From NCBI GenBank assembly GCA_964016885.1, contig OZ024746.1:43772001-43836000 (forward strand): a DNA stretch of 64,000 bases, given 5' to 3'. Under the pieces are notes generated by a model. It saw only the letters and a list, made by a program, of their open reading frames with translations. It ran no database searches and was not told where the DNA came from. Shown piece by piece: positions 52,752 to 64,000 of this stretch. Position 1 is the first letter of the stretch. Each line of letters opens with the position of its first letter. The stretch comes from Eledone cirrhosa. Taxonomy: Eukaryota. A program made the translations under genes and the position numbers.

Positions 52752-55700
52752 ATTATCTGTTTTAACTTAAATTGTAAACTTAATAAATATGCAGCATCTA
52801 ACATTAGAAATGAAGGATTATTAGATTAGCTAATAATTTTTTTTACTGTTTATATATTTGGAATAATTTAACTTTTTGTATGCAAACATTAAAATCCTGC
52901 ATACAAATTTGTATAATTTATATTATCATCATATTTATACTTAATATTTTTTTAATTTCTGACATTTTATATAAAATTCTTCATTCTTTTATTAGATGCT
53001 GCATGAATATCCACGAAAGATTGTACCTAATTCTCCTTCACTGCTAAGAATGGAATTTTATTAAAGGTTTTTGGAGTAATCATTGTTAAAGTGAATCATT
53101 CACTTTAACTGAGATTTCTATACACTTTCAAATAAGTAGAATATCAATAATATAATGGAATATACTAAGAGCTTAATGCAACATCTGTGCTGATTTTCAA
53201 ATAACTTATCTCTCCATATTTTATCAAAAACAGTTATTATTTGGACTGTCAACAGCTAGCTGATGTTAATTGCCAGTCAATGGCAACTAGTATATAAGAT
53301 TAAAAAATAATTATTCCCCTTTTTTACATACTTCAAATAAATATGAGAAAATAATAAGCTAAAATGTGTTGGATGCTTTCTATTAGTATACCATAGATTA
53401 TGTGGAATTAGTTTATGTGGTAAAATTCAATGTATCAAAAGAGTACTCTCAACAGTATCACTGTCATAAATTGAACATGCAATATTTGCTTTGCTCTTTT
53501 TCCAAAATAAAATATTAAATTATAGTGATATTCTCCCAGTGATGTTATAATGCTTTGTTGCAGTCGTGTAGTTAATATATAAGCAGGTGTTTGTCAGTAC
53601 TATATAATTTATATTCTTAGTTACAAAAATGACTTGATATATGATGACTTTAACTTCTTAAGAATCAGAACTGGATTTCTATATGGTTACTCAATTGGTC
53701 ATTTTCTTTAAGGTTTGAGTATGCTTTTGTCAATTACATTTACAATAGGAATAAAGGTAGATATATATGACTGGGAGAAAAAGCAGGAGTAACTTATTCA
53801 AACTTAAGACAGCAGCCCTATTCTGAAAACGTATATATGCTCACTTTGATAGAACATGTTTCCTACGTGGATGTCACTCCTAAATAATCAGCAATAGTGT
53901 AGGAGAGGAATCAAACCAAATTAAACATTAAATAATAATAATATGTCTTATGAAGGGACAACAACTCAATGGATGTAGTAATATTTGAATGTATCAAATA
54001 GGTTGAGTAGGCTGGCAAGTAATTTTATAACTGTTACCTCTGTGGAACTGGCTATTGGTGAATTAGATCTATATCGCTTTAATCATTTAATATCATTGCT
54101 CTCTTTTCCTTTAGTAGGATAGACGTTATTAATAAAGAGTAAGATATGTATAGAATATAAATATACTGTCATGATTATTAAACAAAATCAATTGAATTTC
54201 AATAGTTTTTAGAAACATATATATTTAATATTAAAACAATAGCTATTTCACAAACATTGATCAGATCTTAATACATTTTTCTATTCTATCAACAGAAACT
54301 CAATTATATTTATGACCTTAAAATCTAGTTTTATAAAATCTAACTAGTTGCTTTTCACAATTTCATTGTATAATGTTACAATACTGAATTACATGCGAAA
54401 TTTGGAACCTTTATTCAATGTTTTCAAGAATCATTAGATTAAGCATTTAATGTATACAATACATGCTTTTGTTCTATAAAAACATAAAATCAATCCAATA
54501 AAATTAGAACAGCTCCTTAAGAAATGAATGAATTGTATGCCAGGAATTTGAGAACTAAAAATAATTCTAGTTTGCTCCGTTTGTCAGTTACCGACTTAAT
54601 CATGAAAAAGTCAATAAGTGAAACTAGAAATCATTTATCTATCTAAGCTCAACTGTTCCTGGTACTTGTGCATAACAAACTATTTATTTTCCCTTTTAAA
54701 ATTATTGGTTTTTCTTCGTTCAGTATTGTATTGTGGCAGTAAGTTCTGCTACCTAGTTTCAGTTTGCTTTTCTAACCGTTTTCTTTACTTCACTAACATT
54801 CTTGAAACATTCTGAATATTTTGCTTTCTTATTCCACATTCATTAAGCTCTATGTCTATATGACAAATCATTCTAATTAAATAACATTTAATAAGATTGG
54901 AAACAATACATATGAGAGGTCCTTGCTTCATATAGCACATATTATAAATGTTATTTCAAAAGTTAAACATAATTTAGTATTAGAAAAAAATATTGCTGCT
55001 TATATATAATAATATTATAGTGACTCTGTATACAATTTGAATGGGATTATTTTTAATTGATACTGGATATGTTACAAAGAGGAAAAAAATAATGTTATAT
55101 TTTCTAAAAAGCAGAACAAAATTTGAAAATTAAATGAAAACAAACTTCCTTGGATACAAAATATTTTAAGAATATCTATTGTATTTCTGGTCGTATCTTG
55201 AGAGATGTGTGTGTTAATATAAAGTGGAGTAAACAGGTACATAAGCCTTGAGCATCAGTCTATTTTATCAAGAAGCTTAGATGGTCTCTCAAAATAAACA
55301 TGCTCAAAGATCTTAGGGAAGTTGTGAAACAGTAAAAGATAAGACTTTTTCCAAACAAAATTAGATTTGCTGTTAATCTTTAGAGCTTAACTAAATTGGT
55401 ATATAAATTCTAAACCCTACTATTCTTTGCAACCTTACAGTATTTGCCATATATTGCTAACAGAAAATGGCTTACACATATTCAAGTAAAAATCTTTTTC
55501 ACTGAAGGTACAGCAACACATATTAAAACAAATATTAAACCAAAAAGAAAAGTTGATGTGCATTAAGTAGCATTGATAAGTAACCATTGCAAACTGGCTC
55601 CAACACTCCTTCAATGATCATGTTATATTTTAGTCCCAGTTTAGCCCAGACTCAGTTGACATCATATCAAGGCATTCCACCCGTGATCATCCGATCTGTT

Positions 55701-56399
55701 TGTATATAGAATAGATGTTTATATCAGATAATGTGTTTGTGTGTGATAAAAACAGAACTTTGGGATTTGAGGCAGTCTGGATGTTATTTGTAGCAGGTCA
55801 AGTGATAACATAGAGGATTCTTTGACATTCTGTTAATTACATATATATATCATAGTTTTGTACAGCTGTTTTCACATTGCTATTACATATGTATTTGTGT
55901 GTAAATATCTCTATGCAGTGTTGTACATATGTGTATCTTTTCCATACTTGTCCAAGTAAACACGTTCATTGTTACATGTGTGTTTATGCCTATGTATTGT
56001 TAATACATATGTATTGTGTTGCTGTTGTTATATGTGTCTGTGTGCTTCAGAAAGTGCATGTTTGTAGATGCAGTAATGGCTGCAAATAATCTGTCTTTAT
56101 TGATCTATATAAGAAAAATAATATTCTTTTGTTTTGAAGTGGAAAAATGGATGTTGAACAGAGATGATGATGATATATATATATGTGTGTGTGTGCGCAC
56201 GCACGAAATATTGAGACACATACAACAATACTTTTATTAATGAATTTAATATGTTCCACTTGATTCTTTTGCTATCAGAAAATTCATTATCAGAGGGAGG
56301 TAAAACAATTTTTAAGCAAATAATTTCATTTAATCATTGAACATTTCTTAATAGAGAATAGGCTGACAATGTCTCTCTATATAGAGAAAAATTCTTCAT

Positions 56400-58290
56400 C
56401 TTTGTCCACTTATTCCTGAGAGGGTCAAGGAGACAGAGTCCTCAAAGACTCCTTCCAGCAAATCCTGTCAGAGGCAACCATCTCCAACTGATCCAGCTGG
56501 ATCCCCAAGTGAGACCAGCCAAGCTCATGGATATTATCCAACCATCTTGCTCAGGTTCTACTATGGGTCTCCTGCTAGTTGTTTTTGCCAATAAAATCTG
56601 TCCAGCGATCCTATCCTGAGACATTCTAACCACATGCCCATAGTATCAGAGATGTGATTTTTCAATTCAGAGAAGTAGCAGCTCTACCTGGAGTTACTCT
56701 CTGATCTCCGAGTTAGGCACTCTATCAAGTAACGTTACACCAAAGACCCTTCAGAGGAACCCTATTTTGGCCGCTTGTATTTGTGATGGTATTTTTTCAG
56801 TCATAACCCAAGATTCATGACCAGAGGTAAGGGTTGGTATGAAAACTGAATTGAAGGTAGTGACTTTGGCTTTTACACCTACCTCTATTCATCTAATTAC
56901 TGAATGCTGAAGCTGGCGCATTACTGCACCAGCTCCTGACATTCTTGCACTTAATTCAGCCTTTTACCTTCCACCACTCATGAACAGTCCTGAGGTACTT
57001 GAAATTCTCCACCTGCTTCAGTGGAACTCCATTTACATGGAGAGTGCACTGCGCAGGCTTCATTAAGGAGAAGTGTCGCAGTCTTCACAGCACTGATTTT
57101 CATTCTAGCCATGCAACACTCAGCATCAAACCTATCAAATACAAGTTGGAGATCATCTTCAGTTGAGTTAAGTAACACCATGTCGTCTGCAAGTTCAAGA
57201 AGACTGATTTTACACCCACCAGTTGTGACACCACTTCCAACCTGGCTGTGCATGCCCATCCTGTTCATAAAAATAATGAACAGGAGAGGTGACAGCACAC
57301 TCCCTTGGTGGAGTCCAACTCTCACATTGAATGGTTTCAATTTAGCACCACTTATCCAAACACAAATACTCGGGCATTCCTATAGACATATCAGGCCAGC
57401 AAGAAGCTGACCATCAATCTCATACTCCCTCACAACCTTCCACAGCAGGTCCCTAGAAACACAGTCAGATGCCTTTGCAAGGTCTACAAAACAAGAATAT
57501 ACCTCTTGGCTATACTCCCATGATTTCTCAAAGATCTGCTACTGTTCATCAGCTAGCTTAGGCTCGACAATCTCCCTACATCTCTTTGCCGGACACTTAA
57601 CAGAATTTACCGGGGAGGCTTAACAAGGAGATCCCTCTGTATTTGGAACAATCTCGTTTTTTAAATTAAGATTTTCACTCTTGATTGCCATTGTTTAGGT
57701 GCCTTTCCAGAGATCCTGGCCACCCAGCACACACAAGTCAGTCAGAGAATACCTTCTCTATTTAAAGCTTTTAACATCTCAGGCCAGATTTCATCTTCCC
57801 CAGCAGCTTTACCATATTTGAGCTCTCTAACTGCTCTTGAGATCTATCTCAGCTTCTGAGAGATTAGTCATTGCTCCCAGATGCATCTTGTGTACATCAG
57901 AAGATATTGTTGTGATTAGGATTAGGAGATCAGTAAAATATTCTCTCCACCTTGCAAAGATGCACCTCTCTGAAGAGAGGAGAACACCAGACACGTTCCT
58001 AATAGGAGGTGTGGAGGAGGACTTCATATTACAAAGTCAGCAGATGGTCTGCCAGAACACTTTATTTGCTGATTTGTCATCGGATTCCAGCTTAATCACA
58101 AAGATCTCCCATGTCTTATCTTTGGACAGCTTTACCAGTTTGTATCGCAAGCACAAGAAGGAGAACTTATTTCTAAGCCAAGTTATGTAGCCCTCTTTCT
58201 TTGCTTGGATGGCATCTTTGACCTCTTGATTGAAGCAGGGGGTCCTCCTGCCATCCAGTGCTAAACCAAACCTCTTTTGCCCGCAGCATT
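56400..58290 (-). mobile_element. 5'-truncated RTE-clade LINE (RT and C-terminus), decayed
   Basis: GKAAGEDEIWPEML, YRGISLLSLPGK, FVDLAKA, VGLHQGSVLSPLLFIIFM, LADDMVLL, GHVVRMSQDR. Confidence 0.92.
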
Positions 58291-59397
58291 AAACAACTGA
58301 CAAAATATACACACTCTATAGTTTTAAAAAATATCCTTTGAAATACATTATATGTAATTCAATAAAAGGTAACATACATCCTGTCTTAAATTTATATCAA
58401 ATCTAAAAATATGACACAATAAATACTAAATACTGCTTTTGGCAGATTTTTGTGTTTACAAAAAAGGCATCAAGGGTAGACTAATTTGCCTTCTAATGAG
58501 CCTCTAATTGTTTCTTAAATAAATTAAGTGATATTAAAAATCTTTTACACTTCTTGCTTTTTTGGATCAATTTCTAAAAAGTTGCTCAAAAGCTCTAGTT
58601 ATTAGATCTTTATTGTTTAAACCTTTACTATCTGAATTAGACAGTTCTAGAAACTACTTAAAATATTCGTAGGTGATGGTCGCTGTATCAGCATGTAGTA
58701 TCACCTGCACCAACTTCTTCAAATCACATTTTCTGCACCTTAAGTATATTGATTGCTGATTGAAACCATTTCATCTTCTTTCTTTCCTAACTATTTATAT
58801 TTGGGTACAGTATTTTACTACAAGCCCCAATGAAATATGCATTTATATCTTCTTTCAATCCATATTCCTTCATATTTTCCAAGGCTTATACTGTGTGTTC
58901 ATATTACTTTAAAAGTGTTGTTTACTTGAAATTTGCAAGGCAACATTTATTTTGTTATGATTTTAAAAGTTGACAGAGCAAATCCAAATGATTCTGCAAC
59001 AGCACTTCAATTTTATCCCCGTCTTCCTACTACTCGTTTTATAATCTTTAGTTTGGTGCATGACAAGATAGGATAACATCTGAATTAATTTTGAAGAAAC
59101 GATTACTAAACTTTAAGAGATGATAAAATTGGTATAGAAGTGGTATGAAGTAGCACGAAAACACTCTAGAACCCAAAAGCAAACAACGTGTAACTGAATG
59201 ATTGCTTTCATTTGTGTGCATGAATAAAGTAACAAGATGTTTCCTAATAAGGAGTTTGAAATTCAAGGAGTAAATTGCATATGACATGCATGGTTCTTTT
59301 TTCGTAGTTATGAATTTGAAATTGTAGCACTGTCAAGCTTTGTTGTAACAACCTTTCATTCAGAGAGGAAACATAAAATGAGACATACCCACTAACA

Positions 59398-59407
<10 letters not shown>

Positions 59408-59430
<23 letters not shown>

Positions 59431-59433
59431 CTC

Positions 59434-59467
<34 letters not shown>

Positions 59468-59470
59468 GAG
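59408..59470. repeat. (CT)n(GA)n palindromic compound microsatellite
   Basis: Perfect 23-bp arms around 59433/59434. Confidence 0.9.
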
Positions 59471-62400
59471 ATATTGGTGTATGTTTGTCTGTGTGTATGT
59501 ATTTGTGAGTAGTTATGTACATCTGAACAGTGTTTAATATGACATTAATGTTTACAGTTTTTGACAGAATTGGTTAGGATCTCTGATAATGTATCTCTCT
59601 CTACATACACAACTACTGACATATATTTATTCAATGCTTTGTAGTAGCATGCTAATGAATTTAGGTCGTTTTCACCATCTAACTCAAAGATACAATACAC
59701 TATCAGGATGCAGTAACTCATAATGGAGTTTGGTCAACAGTTTACCTCATTTCAGAAGATAACCAGTAATTTGTCTTATTATATTATGAAAATATTTCTC
59801 TCATTTTCTCTGTTCCATTTGTAGAAGACAATAACTTTATTCATTCAATTAATCTTTCTTCTCAGTTAAGCAATGTAGCAGAAAGTTGAGATACACATTT
59901 CTTGAGAAGTTGAAACAATCTTTTTCCACCATCCAATAACATCAGTTTCAGATCATTTGTTTGTCACATCAATATTGCTTTAATGTCATCTGAAAACTTG
60001 ATGCTTATGTAATTGTTACACGTATGTAGTAGTATATTTTATTTTAGGTGGACCTATGTATGTGGTAATATAATATTCACTTCATTCTTATATAGTTGGA
60101 ATGATTCTGAAAGTTGTGCAAAATATGAAGACAATATTTTATTTTTGGTTTCTATTTGTTAGCTAACTAATATCTGAAAACAAAACTGTTTTTTTCTTTC
60201 TGTTTTTTTTTTTGGTTAGGTGGAAACTATGTCTCACTTGGTATTGTAATTTATTACGAGTGATTTAGAATCCTTTGAACAAATGGTCTCACTATAGGCC
60301 AATATACTAACATCTATCTATATATTATTTCCTTCATCTAAACACTATAAATATGTATAACTATAGTTAAGAATGAGAATAAAAACCATTATTGGATGGG
60401 TGGGGGAATATATATAACAACAGCATTTTCAATTATTACAAAACAACAGTTATTTTCATTTAATATAAAAGCAAAATGAAATGAACAACATTTTTTAACT
60501 GCATCATATTATTATATATATTCCCTGTTGGCAATTTACACTTTTGATTCTACACCCAGTATTGATTTTCATTGAATTTGGTTTTCTCAATTTTATTGTT
60601 ATTGTAAAAACAACCATACTTCACTTTTGTATCTAACTCAGCTTTTCTTTAAATTGAATTGGTAAACTGTTCCATCTGTTTGCATCTCAAAGCCAATTTA
60701 ACTGCTGTTCAGCCTGATATCTTTCATTTGCTGCAACTGTTTTGTTTTCTCTTTATTTCCCCAACTCCTTGCTGACATTCATCATGGCACTTTTTGTAGC
60801 ATTCAGATAGATCCATTTCATATAAAGAGTGGGGGAAAGGTTAGAATTTAATGTTTTTGTCTAAAACATTGTTAAATATTATTATTTATTTCTATTTAAT
60901 ATTATAAATCTCACCGAATTCACTGTCAAACTATTAATGCATTCTTCTATTTAACACTTATTTGTGTTTAAATACATTAAAGATTATTATTTTAAAAAGC
61001 ATTTTGAAATGTAACAAAATTCAGAATGCTCTGAATTGTTAACATAAACAGCAATTTTATTGAATATATTTAAGCTTTGAGCCACTACTGAGTATAAACA
61101 GCATAATTAACAATATAGATAATATTAACCATAATTTTTATTTTAACTTCAAACAAACCAATTTTATTGATTAAATAAAAGTTATTGATATTATGGTTTG
61201 AATCACAGTGTGTTAATATTGTGTAATAAGCCTTTTCAATATATAAACATTCTAATGTAGATTCATTTGAATTAACATTCGGGTTTCAATTTCTTTACAT
61301 AAACTAAGAATAAAAAGTAAATCAGAATCCACAGTGAGGGATTAGCAAATGAAGTAATATATATACAAAATGCATTTTTATATTCTTCTCATTAATATTT
61401 TGTAACTGTAACTTTGTTTATTGATGTTCTTCAATTAAAGAATGATACCTATCTGCTAAAGAATACTAAACTTGAATTAACAACTTAATTTAAAAATGGA
61501 TGATATTCAATCACTTTGATATGTATTGTTTAGTTATTCATGAATTACTATGTTTAAGAAAAGTCAAGCACAACATGCAAACATTCCAGTCTTTTCTCTA
61601 TTTAACACAACTATGTCTTTTAAAAATGCAGTTTAGCCCTGATTGAACAGTTATATAGTTAAAGACACTTCAGTTTTGATTGTTCCATTTTATTGTCAGA
61701 CAGTATATATAGAACTACATTATTCAAAATCGGCAGCTATTGAAAAATATCCTTTCAGTTGTGACAACCACATGACAATCTCTCTACTGTTAGTTCCATA
61801 ATAAAATGCACTCAGTAGAATGTAGGACCATATATAAGTTAAATGCAGAACCCCCAGCCTGTCTGGAGAGAGTGAGTAGACCCATTTACATGCTTACTTG
61901 GTCTGTGAAAGCTTATCCAACTCTTGCTAACAGGAAAAACAGGTGTTAATTGATGATGATGATGATGAGTAACCACCTAGAAGATTCTTTCTGTTGATGA
62001 AACAGTTACAAAAATGGTTGAGCATTGTACTAAATTTAGTTTTTTGTTATTTTCTATTCAAACTTCACAGAGATAATCTTTACTTTCTACATTTTCGATT
62101 TTGATAAAATATTCAACAATCAAACATTTGAGATTGATTCAAACCACCATGCTTCTTTAGAAAATTGAAAATTTCCATACATATAAGAACCCATTATTAT
62201 TATTATTTTTTTTTTTTTTTTGTAAATTTCTCCAAAGGTCTCGAAGTTCTATGTTAATTTTTATTCATTCAAAGTTAAAAATTTACACTGCAGCTTCTCC
62301 AAGTTTCTGAATTTTGTGCATTCATTTCAGCAACAAAGATATTCATCACAAGCTTCAAATGAATAAATAAACTCAAATCCATCCAATAAGTACTTTTTCT

Positions 62401-63159
62401 CTCGTTTATATACTGAAAACATGTGTGTGTGTGCACACGTGTGAGAGATACAGAAAGATCTTATATTTCAGATGTTATTGTACATGATAAAAAGGAAAAC
62501 AAAGTGTAGAAAACAAAGTAACACCCAAAATACATTATAAATGTATTGTAGATTGATCTAGTTGTATGAATAAAATAAAGAATAAGATAAGAATCTAGAT
62601 CTCATTAAATTATGGAACAAGTATTTCCTTATATAATTGAGATAAGACATCCAATTGTGTCCATTCATTGTTCTTTTCTCTGTGGAAAGAAATTTACAAA
62701 TTGAATTAGTGTGGTCATTATAATTATGTAGAAAATGTAAATGGATGCAAATATACTTTAAATGTGTAACAAAATGGAATATATAATATGATATAATGTT
62801 TTAATGTCACCTTTAAATACTGACATGGGTTTCTTGGAACTACGGTGTAGAATTTTAATTCCTTTCTGTGCTATCTTGTTTCTGAACCCCCAATCTCCCA
62901 TCCTTTTAGTCTCCTTCCTTTGGGTGTTGTTTAGATACATTACATATTCATTTAAAAATATATTCATTTTTTTATATAAACTAATACTTATCTGCTTCCT
63001 CAGGTCACTTGCAATCTGGCTGTTATGCAAATTAATGCTGTTTTCCAAAGAATAATACTGCATCAATTATCTTACAAATGCTTCATATGATTTATAGAGA
63101 TGAAAAGGTTTGGAGACCAACAGAAAAACTGTTCTGTACATCTGCTTTCAGTAGATTAA

Positions 63160-63202
63160 GAAACACTTTATCAATTGATAAAGTGTTTCAGAGACTCTGA
63201 AA
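63160..63202. repeat. Perfect 30-bp palindrome overlapping a 17-bp hairpin
   Basis: GAAACACTTTATCAA|TTGATAAAGTGTTTC and TTTCAGAG-A-CTCTGAAA. Confidence 0.85.
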
Positions 63203-63376
63203 ACTATCTAAAAAAAAGTATAATGCTCATTTTTATAACATGTTTCATCATAGGTATTCTCAATCAAGTCTGACCTAGAGTTAAACATCAACATGCCTAG
63301 TTAGTTTTATGTTGGCTGGGGAGCTATATTTCGAATTACTCTGATATACCTGATGCATCTAAAGTTCTGGCATTAT

Positions 63377-63560
63377 GGTGGATTGGCAGTATCGGTAGAG
63401 GGTCAGATGCCATTCTTTGCAGCAAAGAGTTATGGCCCTTTATGGTCTGAGTTCAAATCCCGCCGAGGTGAACTTTGCCTTTCATCATTATGGGGTCGAT
63501 AAAATAAAGTACCAGTAATACACTGGAATAATTGCTGGCCTTGTGCCAAAAGTAGTAACA
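63377..63560 (+). mobile_element. SINE family A
   Basis: A and B boxes plus body; TSD attatg at 63372-63377 and 63561-63566. Confidence 0.92.
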
Positions 63561-63762
63561 ATTATGTACAGAGAACTGACTATCTCCTTTTTACATATCA
63601 GGCACTTCTATCTAATATGTTAGTTTAATGACGAACCCTTGCCTGATATACATTTAAATGAAAATTGAATTTTATGAAACTATATTATTCTAAAGCTATA
63701 TTTTGCATGTAATTGTAAAATATACACAATGACAGATAGAGAGGCAAATAAAGAAATAGGTG

Positions 63763-64000
63763 CATCATCATCATCATCATACGTCCACTCTTCCCTGCTC
63801 GCAAGGGTGGGACGGGTCTTATTCAGCACAGCATCTCTCCACTCGTCACGGTCCTTTGTCATCTCCACTGTGAGCTTCAACGATCTGAGGTCTGTTCTCA
63901 CCACCTCCGCCCATGTTTTTCGTAGTCTACCTCTACCACGTCTTCCTTCAACTGGCATTTCCAAGCACTTCTTCACCCATCAGTCATCCTCCATGCGCAT
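63763..64000 (-). mobile_element. RTE-type LINE 3' end with (GAT)n tail
   Basis: VEGRRGRGRLRKTWAEVV..DL..TKDRDEWR; runs off the window end. Confidence 0.88.

Noticed and set aside
58668-58708. Hairpin GTAGGTGAT..ATCACCTGC
   Set aside because: About 40 nt, too short for a pre-miRNA; no other support

Overview
AT-rich (~30% GC) eukaryotic DNA with no convincing host exon; it reads as intronic or intergenic. The repeat families (tRNA-derived SINEs with a Meta/MESC-like body, a CORE-SINE with an RTE-type (GAT)n tail, abundant RTE and Penelope relics, dense microsatellites) point to a mollusc, most likely an octopod cephalopod (inference). The window is a layered transposon graveyard. It holds a near-full-length, GC-rich, decayed CRE-clade retrotransposon with an N-terminal PHD-like finger (5.5-8.9 kb), several RTE LINE pieces, a Tx1-like 3' end, piggyBac and hAT transposase relics, MITEs and many SINEs. 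Two signals stand out. (1) Non-coding units carry decayed minimal type-I hammerhead ribozyme motifs in tandem or inverted ~290-340-nt arrangements (17.9-18.3 kb, 20.3-20.8 kb, plus 43.2 kb), i.e. retrozyme or Penelope pLTR-like elements. (2) There is an apparent ATTAT-targeting LINE-SINE pair: all six datable SINE insertions have TSDs starting with ATTAT, and the SINE 3' end matches that of a Tx1-like LINE inserted in an (AAT)n tract. All alignments and folds were done by eye; no searches were run.
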